Source of the DNA: Candidatus Aenigmarchaeota archaeon LH_S7
Lineage (GTDB): Archaea > Aenigmatarchaeota > Aenigmatarchaeia > QMZS01
DNA length: 47,206 bases
Direction: 5' to 3'
Assembly (NCBI GenBank): GCA_023659895.1
Contig: JAGXOL010000005.1
Span: forward strand, 1-47,206
The position numbers and the translations under genes are program-made. How positions within the stretch are numbered: the first letter of the stretch is position 1; every line of letters begins with the position of its first letter. Below the pieces are notes generated by a model. That model saw only the letters and a list, made by a program, of their open reading frames with translations. It had not been told where the DNA came from and did not search any database. Positions 28,366-39,500 of this stretch are shown here, piece after piece.

Positions 28366-28923
28366 ATGATATCGAGGAGTGAGATTGATATTTTGGCAAG
28401 TTTGTTTCCTGAGAAAAATTTTAAGACCATAAGAGAAATTCAGAAAAATTGCAATTACTCTTATGAAAGAATTCATTCTGGTCTATATTCATTAAGGAAA
28501 AAAGGAATACTGAAATTGAATAGAATAGGCCAGACAATTGTGGTAACTTTAAATTACAATTCTGATCTCGCTTTTTTAGGTTTTGTTAATTATTCTATAA
28601 ATAAAAAAATAAAAAATACACAATCGATAAAAGATGCAGAAAATTTTACCAAATGTATAGATGAGATACAAAACATAGATTCTGATTTAATATCTATTAT
28701 TGAAATCTCAATAATGCCAAAGGACAAAATAAAATTTTTCTGCATAGGCAACAAGAATTTAGAAAATAAAGCTCTTGGGATTGAGTATAGGTATAATATT
28801 AGAGTTAAACCAGTAGTTTTAACAGAGAAATCATTAAGAGAAAAAAGAAATGAAACAGAATTCTTAAATAGTACTGTTCTAAAAGGATTTGAAAAGTTTT
28901 ATAATTTGTTTTACTTGGATTAA
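28366..28923 (+). CDS. Winged-helix protein, possible regulator (degenerate nucleotidyltransferase-like C-terminal domain)
   Basis: TIREIQK..NYSYERIHSGL..L.KKGIL....IG wHTH; ends LKGFEKFY; transcribed divergently from 28267. Confidence 0.6.
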   Translation: MISRSEIDILASLFPEKNFKTIREIQKNCNYSYERIHSGLYSLRKKGILKLNRIGQTIVVTLNYNSDLAFLGFVNYSINKKIKNTQSIKDAENFTKCIDEIQNIDSDLISIIEISIMPKDKIKFFCIGNKNLENKALGIEYRYNIRVKPVVLTEKSLREKRNETEFLNSTVLKGFEKFYNLFYLD

Positions 28924-28952
28924 TATAAACTCATCACTAGTTAAATACTATC

Positions 28953-31406
28953 TCAGTTTTTATTTCTCCTTTTTTTATTGCTTTTTTGAAATGAATATTT
29001 CCTTTCCTCTAAAGGAGAGTGTTCTTTTAGAATTTCATCTTTGATTTCTTTAATAATATTTACTGATGAAACTTTGTGTTTGTCCAAGTGTCCCTCTCTT
29101 TTACGTATTATTATTTTATATAAAATAACAAGGATTATCAAAAATAAGATTACTATAATATTCTGAGTAATGAGACTTGAAGTTGCTGTTACAAATCCCG
29201 TAATACCTGCTCCTATATTAATTGTGTTATTTGTTTCAACTTCCCCCTCACTTTCTTTGATATCTGGCTCAAGTCCTTTGATGTTTATTATAAAATTTTT
29301 TGTTGCATTTGCCTCACCATCTACTTTAATCCCAACACTATATTGATTTTTGCAATCAACACATTGCTCTTTTGATACAGAGATATTCACTTCAATCTCT
29401 CTTTGCTCACCCACGCCCAATTTATCAATACTTGATGGATTTAATGTATACCATGAAAATGGAATATTCTCAATTTTTATATCAATATCACTTAAAGATA
29501 CTTGGCCAGTATTTTCAACAATAATTTTTATAGTAGAAGAATTACAGAGTTCTGAATCAACATAATTCGGAACTGAAATTTTCAATTCCTTCTTTTTGTA
29601 TACATTAAATGAAATAATTTTTTTAGCAGACGCATACATCTTTCCTGCTTCAGTAACAATATCAGATATTCCTTTCTGTTCGGGAGAATTAAAACTTATT
29701 GTAAATTCACCATTATTGTTAGTGGTTGTACTACCAGAAATATTAGAATCAGAAATGCTGTAACTTATTTTAGAATCTCCAACAGAATTGTTTTTATTAT
29801 CAAAAACTCTTCCATGTAATGTAGCACTCTCCCCCATGAAATAACTCTCTTTATCCAGATTTATTTCCAATTGAAGTGATTTTTCCTCACTTACAGCAAA
29901 GGTAGATAGAGAAGAGACATCAAAACTTATTAAGTTTTTATTCTTATCTACCTCATAATTAATAATCCTTTTCCAATCACCATTACAATACCTCTTTCCA
30001 AAATTCCAATTTCTACACTGATAAACAATTATTTTGTCTTCATCAACCTCAGAATCCACATATGGAATTATAATGTGTGCCTTTTGAAATTGAGAAGCAA
30101 ACTCTAAAGCGATAACTTTTACAGCATCTATTTCAGTTCCTTCAAAGAAATCATACTTTATAGGATTATATAAATAAATATCTTCTGAATAATTTAAAAT
30201 AGCATCGTAGAATTTAGCACTCACATCATCAAATGTCAGTTCGACATCATAAATCCCAGGAACTATTGCAATAGAATACTTCCCACTATTATCAGTTTCC
30301 AATTTTTCTTCTATATCTTCACCTCTTAATTTTATTTCAGCATACACAGGAGAATTATCAGCATCTACTATTGTACCCTTAAATGGAATTACAAACTGAA
30401 TAGGAAGTGGTAGAGAGGATTTTTTTGTAGTATTTTCATATGTCACGAATATATCCAGGTTATAAGGTTCTTTTCTTGGTATTTGTTTTGGTATATTTGT
30501 ATATAATCTCCAAACACCTCCTTCTTTGTAGTTTATTTTCCTTATTGTTACTTCTTCATTGTTTAACTTTGCCTTAAACTTTAAAAATTTACTTGAATCA
30601 ACTGGTTTCGATTTGTAATCCACTTTAACACTCAAATTAATATCAGCAGTATCAATAAGTTTATAGGGATTTAAAATTGATGGTTCAAGTATATTAACAT
30701 CAAGTAAAGGTTTTACATTTAGGTTTTTATCAGAGGTTGCAGAAAAGGAATGATTTTTATAAACAGCATTAACTACGAGATTTTTATTGTTAACAGATTT
30801 AAAGTTTTCTGGTACTTTGACTTTCAGTTTCCATGGAGAGATAGCATTTTCTGGAGAAAAAGTTTTTATTAGATTAAGTTCTTTATTATCTATCGTAATA
30901 TTAAACTTAACACCAGAAGGTGATACTGTTGTTATTCCGTTCTCTATTAGATCCAACTTAACTTTGACAGTCATCGGATCTAGGAGATATATTGTTGTAG
31001 ATTTAGGATTTGTGGGTGGAATTACAACATCTGTGATAGAAGCACTAAATTTATTAACATAAAAATCTTTACTTTTATTCTCTATTGAACTACTATTCTC
31101 ACAGAAAACTGTAACTGTGTATTTATCAGCACTTTCCTTTATACCAGTTAAATGATATGTAATACTGTAAGTTTGTCCTTTTTGAATAAAATTATGTATT
31201 GAGACATTATAATTTGAACCTATTATATTTGCAGAGACATTAGCATTTTCTGAACAACTAAATGATATGTTGATTGCATTACCATCATTTAGCCATACAC
31301 TTTCTGGAGTTATATTAAAATTTGATACTTTTAAAGCCGATGTTGGAAACCCTAAACTAATTAAAAAAATAAAACCCAAAATTAAAATCTTATTCCTTCC
31401 TATCAT
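28953..31406 (-). CDS. Large membrane-anchored surface protein (carboxypeptidase-regulatory-like and NEW3/CARDB-like Ig domains)
   Basis: Signal peptide, TDNSGKYSI..PG.Y, VSSLSTFAV, ENTGQV.LSDI, GITGF preceding the C-terminal TM. Confidence 0.75.
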   Translation of the reverse strand: MIGRNKILILGFIFLISLGFPTSALKVSNFNITPESVWLNDGNAINISFSCSENANVSANIIGSNYNVSIHNFIQKGQTYSITYHLTGIKESADKYTVTVFCENSSSIENKSKDFYVNKFSASITDVVIPPTNPKSTTIYLLDPMTVKVKLDLIENGITTVSPSGVKFNITIDNKELNLIKTFSPENAISPWKLKVKVPENFKSVNNKNLVVNAVYKNHSFSATSDKNLNVKPLLDVNILEPSILNPYKLIDTADINLSVKVDYKSKPVDSSKFLKFKAKLNNEEVTIRKINYKEGGVWRLYTNIPKQIPRKEPYNLDIFVTYENTTKKSSLPLPIQFVIPFKGTIVDADNSPVYAEIKLRGEDIEEKLETDNSGKYSIAIVPGIYDVELTFDDVSAKFYDAILNYSEDIYLYNPIKYDFFEGTEIDAVKVIALEFASQFQKAHIIIPYVDSEVDEDKIIVYQCRNWNFGKRYCNGDWKRIINYEVDKNKNLISFDVSSLSTFAVSEEKSLQLEINLDKESYFMGESATLHGRVFDNKNNSVGDSKISYSISDSNISGSTTTNNNGEFTISFNSPEQKGISDIVTEAGKMYASAKKIISFNVYKKKELKISVPNYVDSELCNSSTIKIIVENTGQVSLSDIDIKIENIPFSWYTLNPSSIDKLGVGEQREIEVNISVSKEQCVDCKNQYSVGIKVDGEANATKNFIINIKGLEPDIKESEGEVETNNTINIGAGITGFVTATSSLITQNIIVILFLIILVILYKIIIRKREGHLDKHKVSSVNIIKEIKDEILKEHSPLEERKYSFQKSNKKRRNKN

Positions 31407-32281
31407 TTTTTGAACCTTCTTAAAAATCTTCTCATACTCAAAAAGTTTGGTGGTTGATAATCTTTGCTGAGTAATTTTGCAGCAAGTTTATGGAATTCTA
31501 TCGTTGCTTTTGAATAAATGTTGTAATTTATTATTGGTGACCTGACAAATAAACTTTTTCTCATCTCTGGATCTTCTGGAATTTTGCAAAGTGTTGGAAC
31601 TCCGCACAAAATTTCAATTTCATCTGGTGACAATTCATACCCATCATTGTTGTATCTGTTAACGACTATACCCAAAACATCTTTTTTCATTTTTTTTGCA
31701 ATTTGAATGGTTTTCATGGCGTTTGTCATAGCAGGCATATCAGGAGTTGCAACAACAATAATTTCATTACATGCACTTACTGTTTTAAGTGATTCTTTAT
31801 CCAAACCCGGTGGAGAATCAACCAAAACAATTCCACTCAATTTCTTTAGTGTATTTTTTAGTTTTGATACATTTGCATGAATAGAACCAACAGATATAGA
31901 GGATGGAATTACCATGAATCCTGTAGAGGTTACATAAGTAGCCTTACTTATTCTTGATTCCCTATTTAATACATCCTGAAGAGTAACAGGAAAAGAATAT
32001 GTACCGAGATGAAGCCCTAAATTTGAAGCAGTGATATCCGCATCAACTACTGTAACATCCCCCTCAAGTTTATTAAGTGCTAATCCAAGATTTGCTGTTA
32101 CCACAGTTTTTCCAACACCTCCTTTTCCAGACACAATTCCTATAGTTCTTCTTGTTTGCTCACCCTTAACTTTACTATTAAGTGTATTAATTTGATTTTT
32201 AAATAAAAATTTCTCTTTTTTTTGATACAAATCAGACATAATATTTAATATGTTTTTATCAAATAAAAAGGTTAATTGCAT
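31403..32281 (-). CDS. minD: MinD/ParA-family ATPase
   Basis: Deviant Walker A SGKGGVGKT, VVDADI..NL, DSPPGL, GIVVNR, IPEDP. The true start may lie downstream of 32281. Confidence 0.88.
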   Translation of the reverse strand: MQLTFLFDKNILNIMSDLYQKKEKFLFKNQINTLNSKVKGEQTRRTIGIVSGKGGVGKTVVTANLGLALNKLEGDVTVVDADITASNLGLHLGTYSFPVTLQDVLNRESRISKATYVTSTGFMVIPSSISVGSIHANVSKLKNTLKKLSGIVLVDSPPGLDKESLKTVSACNEIIVVATPDMPAMTNAMKTIQIAKKMKKDVLGIVVNRYNNDGYELSPDEIEILCGVPTLCKIPEDPEMRKSLFVRSPIINYNIYSKATIEFHKLAAKLLSKDYQPPNFLSMRRFLRRFKK

Positions 32282-32324
32282 ATTTAGAAGGTTTTAGTAT
32301 TCAGGATAACAAATAAAAACAATA

Positions 32325-33008
32325 TCAAATGCACCAATTTTTATTAAATAGTGTTGCTGTTGAGTTGAATATAAATGATTGTATATTTGAAGTGTAATCC
32401 TTTATATATTCGTTATTCCAATTTTTGTAAACGAAATAAAAATCTGAAGTTGATGGGTCTATTGGTAACCAAGTCTCATCTATTTTAGTAAAAACATATC
32501 TATGCTCATAACCATCAGCAACATAAGCATTTATATTTTTTGCTTCTAAGAGAGCTGCTAATAGAATGGATTTCTCTGAACAATCACCTTTTCCTTTAGA
32601 TAAAATTTGTTCTGGTGTTAAAAGATCATCTACTTCTTCATATTTAATATTATTGTATACAAACTGATGTAGAGTATAAACTATTTCTAATTCAGTTGTT
32701 AGATTAAAAGTTAGATTATCTGCAACTGCTTTAATTTTTTGATTTTGCTGTAATAACTCTCTTAATCCGTTATGGTCTATGCAATATATTTGATGAAATT
32801 CTTCAATGTAAGGGTTAAACATTGAGGTGATATTCTCTTTGTTCTCTATCCAGTAATCTTTATAATTAGAAGTAGTAGCTGGTAAAACAAAATAACCTGT
32901 AGAACCAATGCTAAAGATTGGGCTAATTAGCAGTAAGATTATTATAGTAAATGCTAAACATACAAAGATTAATATTAGCCTTCTATTATAGTATATATTT
33001 ACCACCAT
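32325..33008 (-). CDS. Membrane-anchored transglutaminase-like cysteine protein
   Basis: FVYNNIKY, PEQIL..GKGDCSEKS.LL.ALL (Cys), H-R-Y, W..IDPS (Cys-His-Asp triad). Confidence 0.85.
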   Translation of the reverse strand: MVVNIYYNRRLILIFVCLAFTIIILLLISPIFSIGSTGYFVLPATTSNYKDYWIENKENITSMFNPYIEEFHQIYCIDHNGLRELLQQNQKIKAVADNLTFNLTTELEIVYTLHQFVYNNIKYEEVDDLLTPEQILSKGKGDCSEKSILLAALLEAKNINAYVADGYEHRYVFTKIDETWLPIDPSTSDFYFVYKNWNNEYIKDYTSNIQSFIFNSTATLFNKNWCI

Positions 33009-33164
33009 AATATAATTAATAACTCTTTATTCTTATTTATTTCTTTTGTCGCCTTCCTTTTTTCTTTACAAAAACAGAGGATTTATTTCTAAATATTCTA
33101 CTTTTTTTGTTCTTTACCTACTTCTTTCAATTTATGGTATATGTCTTTTTTCTCTTTTATATAA

Positions 33165-34466
33165 TCACTTTTTCCTGATTAATTTTTCTTTAAAATTTTG
33201 CTCTAAAATCCTTAATTTTTTATTTAATTTATTCCGCTCTTTTTTGAGTTGTTTTACAGATTTTTGTTTTAGTAGAAATAATTTCTTATTCCTCCTATAA
33301 AACAAGAGGATAACCATTAGTCCTATTATTATAACTAAAGCAATAATAAAATAGATTTCTGGGGTAAGTATAGAATCTATTTTAATCACACTCTTTGATT
33401 GTCCTTCATCATAAATAGACATTATTTCATAATAATAAGTTCCTTTAGGTAATTCAACATCAATTGTTGTTGATAACTCTTTTTCTATAACATCAAAATG
33501 TTTTATAAAACCTATTCCTTCAATCATGACATTAACATTGTGCAAAGAGAAATTGCATAGATTTTTGATATTCAGATTAATTTGCGTCATTTTATTAGCC
33601 TCAATTGTAAAGTTTTGCGGAGTAGATACTATACAATCTGCTGGAATAGAAACTCTTGGAATTTCTGGAGCGTAAATGATGAATGCACTTTTCCACTGTC
33701 TAGTTAAATCAGAAGCAATTACTCTAACAAAATGATGAGGATTTGTATAATTACTAATTACTACCACAATATTCTTTTCCTCACTGGGAGAAAGAGACCC
33801 AATACTTTTGTTGTATTTTAAATCTAATTTAGGCTTAGAAGTTAAATTTATAGTTAAATTTTCTAAACCAACATCTCCAGTATTTTTAACCCTAATTGTA
33901 ACCGAAGTTACTTCAGTTGCTTCAACCAGCCAAGGTACTTTAATTTCAAGGTCTTTATACTTAACAGTGTATACATAGTGCGATGGACCTCTTACTTCAG
34001 TTACTTTTTCAACAATCCTGGTAGGTATTTCCCTGGTCGGTATCTCAAAGCTGATTGTGCCTGTCGCTGTCGGAACTATAATTCCTGCTACAGATCTGTC
34101 TGTATAGTTTATTTCTGGTTTTTCTACTTCTACTTTTGGCTTAAATATAAGTGTGTGATTTTCAGATTGTATATCTTCCGGATTTATTATAACCTCGAAA
34201 GGTACTTTTATATCTGCTGGTTCTAATATAAGGTTTTTGGGATTGAAACTTACATGGGGTTCTAGATCTTTTGTTAGTGTTTCAAAGGTAATGTTTAAAT
34301 TATAAGGATATGAATTTGTTAGTGTGAAAGAAAAATTATACATTTCATTAGTGTTTAGTGTGCCAACCTCCATATCGGATGGTAATATACCAACACCCAA
34401 TACAGGAGTAGTTAAACATATCAACACTATTAAAAAAATCATTTCAGTCTTCATTGTTCTCACCAA
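33165..34466 (-). CDS. Secreted, C-terminally anchored Ig-domain protein (DUF916-like N-terminus)
   Basis: GVGILPS...FTLTN N-terminus similar to 26051 and 35091; VKNTGDV; C-terminal TM and basic coiled tail. Confidence 0.6.
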   Translation of the reverse strand: MVRTMKTEMIFLIVLICLTTPVLGVGILPSDMEVGTLNTNEMYNFSFTLTNSYPYNLNITFETLTKDLEPHVSFNPKNLILEPADIKVPFEVIINPEDIQSENHTLIFKPKVEVEKPEINYTDRSVAGIIVPTATGTISFEIPTREIPTRIVEKVTEVRGPSHYVYTVKYKDLEIKVPWLVEATEVTSVTIRVKNTGDVGLENLTINLTSKPKLDLKYNKSIGSLSPSEEKNIVVVISNYTNPHHFVRVIASDLTRQWKSAFIIYAPEIPRVSIPADCIVSTPQNFTIEANKMTQINLNIKNLCNFSLHNVNVMIEGIGFIKHFDVIEKELSTTIDVELPKGTYYYEIMSIYDEGQSKSVIKIDSILTPEIYFIIALVIIIGLMVILLFYRRNKKLFLLKQKSVKQLKKERNKLNKKLRILEQNFKEKLIRKK

Positions 34467-35094
34467 TTTTTACATAAGTACCCTTTTCTTTGCAGGGATT
34501 GCTTGTCTCATTATTGTATGTTGTAATTGTTATTTGTGATGTATAATTACCAGAGATCCCATTTCTAATCCGAAAATCAAAACCTGTTGTTTTATGCCCC
34601 ACCAATAAAATATCTGCGATGCATAATTCTTTATCATCTTTTTTTCCATCTATATCCTTGTCATTGTTATCTGGTATATTTTTCCAGCCAATTCCCGGAA
34701 TATATATTTGAAAATCACCATTTACTCGGCTTACATCTATATAATCTTCATCTATACCAAAGTCCTCTGCTGCAATAAGAACATCAACATTTGTACTACC
34801 AATGTTTTCCAAAGTAAAAGTTTGGGTTATATTGTCAAAGCTATCATACCCCCCTTTTACCCCTCCATAACTTCCATTATAACTGTACCAATTTCTATCT
34901 GCCTTTAAATTAATTTCAAATATAACATCCTCTTTTTGTTCTTCATAGAATACAGCATCTACCTGGTCTGTAATACCAACAGAAGTAACAGAGCTAAATA
35001 ATCCTGTAGTACTAAATTTATCATAAAAAATTGTGCTAAAACTCAAAACCAATAAAATGGGTATTATAACCATAATTAAAAATCTGTAATTCAT
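34444..35094 (-). CDS. Small secreted protein homologous to the C-terminal domain of the giant protein
   Basis: FTLENIGSTNVDVLI..FQIY..GW.N..IAD.L...FDFRIRNGISGNYTSQITIT. Confidence 0.65.
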   Translation of the reverse strand: MNYRFLIMVIIPILLVLSFSTIFYDKFSTTGLFSSVTSVGITDQVDAVFYEEQKEDVIFEINLKADRNWYSYNGSYGGVKGGYDSFDNITQTFTLENIGSTNVDVLIAAEDFGIDEDYIDVSRVNGDFQIYIPGIGWKNIPDNNDKDIDGKKDDKELCIADILLVGHKTTGFDFRIRNGISGNYTSQITITTYNNETSNPCKEKGTYVKIGENNED

Positions 35095-36464
35095 TTTCGC
35101 TTACTATATTTTCTCTTTAAATAAATGGATTTATCCTTCTTCTTTGAAGTCCTGAAATAAATAAATATTAGACCTATTACCACAATTATTAAGATAATCC
35201 AACTATTTTCTGAAATTGAGTTAAATATTAAAAATCCTGTTGGAACTTTCTCAGGCTTCTCTGAAAGTTGTTTTTGAAGTGGTTTACTCCAACACTCTTT
35301 TTCTTCTTTTTTGTCTCCATATTTTAGTTCTACTCTGACTTTATGGTCTCCGGATTTTCCACCATACCAAGATTTTTTTATTTCTTTGATTCCCCTCCCC
35401 TCTATTTCTCCGGAATCCTCTATTTCATCCACTTTATTTCCAAATTCATCAAATATATTGAATACTATTTCGTAACTTATATTGTCCTTAAAAATATTTT
35501 CAATTCCCAAATTTATTATCAAATCTCCGGATTCTGCCTGTTCCACTTTTAAACTTGAAACTCTGAGTTCTGCTTTTTCTACTTCATGTTGTGTATCCTG
35601 TCTGGGTTCTGCTTTTTCTACTTCATGTTGTGTATCCTGTACTTTACCACTAATATTGATTGTATAATTTTCTTCTTCTCTCACAGAAATATTACTCTTA
35701 ATTTCTGCTTGTTCTTCTTCTGATTTCTTTATTTCAAATGTTTTAGAAATAGTGCTTGTCTCATTGTTATCATATTCAACTTTAGCAATTGCATTATATC
35801 TTCCTGTTTCAAGTGAGGCAGTATTATATCTGATATCCATTTGGGTTAAACTTCCTGGACTAATTAAATACTGTGTTCTTCCTTTTACACTAGAATAATA
35901 AACTGGAGATGATCCATAATATTTTTGTATTTCAACGAAAGGAAATGCTCCGACTCTGACATTTCCTATATTCTTAGTGAATAACTGAAAATTTATATTA
36001 TTCTCTTCTTGGATAACTTTAAAATCCTTTAATTCTAATTTTTTTATAACTTCTCCTGGAATACTAAATTTTATCTCTGCTACAGAGGTTGATGTAATTT
36101 TAACACCACTTCCGCCTACTGCAGAGACCTCAGGCAAAATAGTTAGAATATGAATTCCGGGACCTACTTCGGAGATAGTATTTAGTAAAGTAACTTTTAC
36201 TTCTTTTGTTTCGTAAGCACCAAGTTCAAAACTGCTTGAATTAAGTGTAACATAAGTGGATAAATACTTAGCTCTTGGAGTTAAAGACAGAATTATATTA
36301 TTATTTGTATTATCCTGATTTCTTATAGAGATAAAAAATTCATAACTTTTACCTGACTCTAATTCTCCAGCATCAATTGGGGGGGATACTTTGATTGCCA
36401 AAGTGGTCTGACTAAACAAAATTATGAAAAGTAGTAAGGTTAATATTCTTCTCAAATTATCCAT
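35091..36464 (-). CDS. Secreted, C-terminally anchored DUF916/WxL-interacting-like protein
   Basis: AIKVSPP..FFISIRN, KNIGNVRV..ISPG...LETGRY.A, PTGF preceding the TM. Confidence 0.55.
   Translation of the reverse strand: MDNLRRILTLLLFIILFSQTTLAIKVSPPIDAGELESGKSYEFFISIRNQDNTNNNIILSLTPRAKYLSTYVTLNSSSFELGAYETKEVKVTLLNTISEVGPGIHILTILPEVSAVGGSGVKITSTSVAEIKFSIPGEVIKKLELKDFKVIQEENNINFQLFTKNIGNVRVGAFPFVEIQKYYGSSPVYYSSVKGRTQYLISPGSLTQMDIRYNTASLETGRYNAIAKVEYDNNETSTISKTFEIKKSEEEQAEIKSNISVREEENYTINISGKVQDTQHEVEKAEPRQDTQHEVEKAELRVSSLKVEQAESGDLIINLGIENIFKDNISYEIVFNIFDEFGNKVDEIEDSGEIEGRGIKEIKKSWYGGKSGDHKVRVELKYGDKKEEKECWSKPLQKQLSEKPEKVPTGFLIFNSISENSWIILIIVVIGLIFIYFRTSKKKDKSIYLKRKYSKRK
35563..35640. repeat. 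39-bp in-frame tandem duplication
   Basis: GTTCTGCTTTTTCTACTTCATGTTGTGTATCCTGT occurs twice with period 39 (QDTQHEVEKAE x2). Confidence 0.9.
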
Positions 36465-36531
36465 AATTGTAACTACAATTATTTATTTCAATCTAACACT
36501 GCATCCAGATTATTTTCCCAATTTTTAAAAC

Positions 36532-39500
36532 TTAAGGTACAAAATAACTACCAACACTACAACCAGAAATATCTGAATAAGCAACAAACTGTAGAGTGGC
36601 GCTATAACTAGATGGTGCAACTCCATCAGGAACCCTAACCTGAAAATCTATATCACTCAGATTTGTATTAGCAGGAAGATCACAGGCTACCGCCATTCCA
36701 TATGCATCACCATCATGAATTTTACTTGATACATTGAACCAGGCAGAACTATTATAAATCTGTATATTATCAGCTCCATTAGCCCCAATAGCTGGTGGGT
36801 CCTGACATCCTGAATCATCTCCATCTGTAGTTGAATCAGAACTCGAGCAAATATAATAACTAGAAGAATAATCTCCTAAAGCATACATAAGAATATCTAC
36901 AGTATTGCTTCCATTATTTTCAATAGTGAAATTACAAGTACTGCCATCTCCATCATCTGCTAAACTCGAATTACAACTACCATCTACTCCAGCATAGCAA
37001 TAATATTGAAAATTTAAAGGAATGTCATTAATATTCCATGACTTATCACTAGAATTATCTGTTTCATGAACAGAAATAGTCAATGCTGTAATCTTTATTT
37101 CTCTTGTTTCTGTTTTGTTTTCATTTCCTGCTGTATCATTTGCTGTTGCGTTTAGGTAATAAGTATCTCTTGCTAAATCCGTGTAGTTAATGTAGATTTG
37201 TGTGTCTGAGGTTGTGTTTTCTTGGTATAGACCTGTTGAGTTGTAGAGATTAAGAGTTAGGGTATCTAGGTTAGTATCTGAGACTGTCACATTTGCTGAG
37301 ATCCAAGTCTCGGTTTGATTTCCTGTTTCTGTTGTAGGGGTTACAAATTGTATTTCCGGTGGAACAGCTATTGTTATATTTGTATTTGTTGTTGAGTTTG
37401 AATAACCTACTCCATCATAGGCTGTTGCAGTTATGTTATAAGTTCCATCTGGAGCATATAAATGGACTTCCCAATCTTCAGAAGAGTTGGTTGTTGAGTT
37501 TATGATTGTTCCTCCCTGTTTTATTGATATGTTTGTATAATTTAGGGTAAGGTCTGTTGATGTTCCATTTATGATATAATTGTTTGTAATGGAATTTGAA
37601 TCTGGGTAAATTATTGAAATTGTTGGTGGTGTTGTATCAACATTTAAATATCTTAGTTTATTGTTATCTGTCTGCCCTTCATTAGAAGCTGTATCATTTG
37701 CCCAGCCGTAATAAGTATAAGTTCCATCTGCTAAATCTGTTACATTATCATAAAACCTGTATTGAGTTGAATTGAACTTTGAGAATTCTGACTTATAGTG
37801 CATTTTTATTTCATCTGGTGAAAGAGCCCTATTGTAAATCCTGACTTCATCGATTGTGCCATTGAATAAATAATCCCCAATTAAAAGATTATTCGTATTT
37901 GTTGAGATTGATCCTGTTAATGCTTGAGATGTCTTCAATTCTCCGTTTACATAAAGTTTCTGCTCTGAGCTATTATAAGTTTGGGTGATATGGTTCCAGC
38001 CAGAAGAAATTGCTCCTGCTATTGTCTCGTTGTTTATTGAGGCAAAAGCAGTTGTTGTGTTTGCACCGATTCCATAACTTCCTGCCTTTGAAATTCCTGC
38101 TGCGGTTTCATTTCCAACTGTTGCATTTGGCTCAGTGGAGGTATATTTGCGGACGCGGATGTCATCTACATGTACAGTAATTGTATTACCAGCTCCTTTA
38201 CTACCGGCTACTATAAACATTGGATAAGGATCCTGAAACTCATCATCTTTGCCTTCAAGGGTTATATTATTATCCCAAATCGATCTCAAATTGCTTTCAT
38301 TGGCTAAGAGTTTTATACTATGCCAGTTTGAATCAGGATCATGAGTGTGGTTTTCAAAAGCAGTTGAGGTAGAACCCTTTATTTTTCTCAAGGCAATCCC
38401 GTCATAGTAATCCTGTTCTGTGAAATCATAATAATCACGATCATCACCACTATAGTCATGCCGCAAGATTCCAAATTGATACATATAATTTTGTTCATGT
38501 ATCTCAAATCGATAGTTTGTCTCATAAACTACTTTTCTAGGGAGCTTTGTAAATGTTTTCCATCCTTCGTATACCCACGAATCTGCAGTCGCAGTAACTG
38601 AAAGATTAAGCTCCCCATTTATTATTTCAGAACTCCCATCTGTCCAGCTATGGTTCCATTTAGAAGAATCTGGAAGGCTCCCGTCAGGTAGATTAAAATC
38701 ATCAAAAAATTCAAAGGTATTAGCTCCACCTTTTGTGTTGTTATAGGTTGCACTCGGATTTCCATAATACATATAAATCTTATCTGTGTTATTAGTTGCT
38801 ACTTTAACCCAGATTGTAGAATTTCCTGTTGTGTTCCATTTCTCGAGCCAGTAATTCAGCTTTGTTCCATTTGACTGATAGAATCTTAAATCATCACCAT
38901 CAGACTGAGCATGTGAATAATCGAAATTAGTTGTGTTTAATTCTACCTTAACCTGATAATCAGTTTCTGGAGTGGCTGGATCGAGAGTGATTGGCTTTTT
39001 ATATGCCCAAGCATCCAAAGGATTCATCCAGGATTCTACAGTAATCGCATCAGTAATATCCAAACTACTATCATTCCCGCAATCCACATAATCATCTAAG
39101 CCATCAAAAGAGAGAGCCTTGCCAAATTTGCCATCTACATACTGTGCCCTAATTACACTTTCTTCTCCTTTATCAACAGTTAGATCATAATTCTGTTCAG
39201 TAGTAATTCCACCAGTATTTGGAATTCCAGCCTCAGAATTTCCATAATAGACATAATAATCTGAGGTTAAGTCTCCATTTCCGATTGTATCCTGAGCATT
39301 GAACCAGATCATTGTATCTGAGGAATTAAATTCAGTTGAGTTTGTCCTGTTTATCTCTGTTGTTACATGGATAATTCTCAGATCATCTCCATTCGCCAAT
39401 AATTTTCCAGCAGAAACCAAACTCGCAGTATCTAAAGTGAAGTTTATTGGATCTCCTGCTGTAAGATTTGTTGCATTGTTATTTGTGATTGTTAGTTTCT

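Noticed and set aside
33132-33167. Possible read-through of the TGA ending the 433-aa gene
   Set aside because: The same frame stops again after 10 codons; no sign of recoding.
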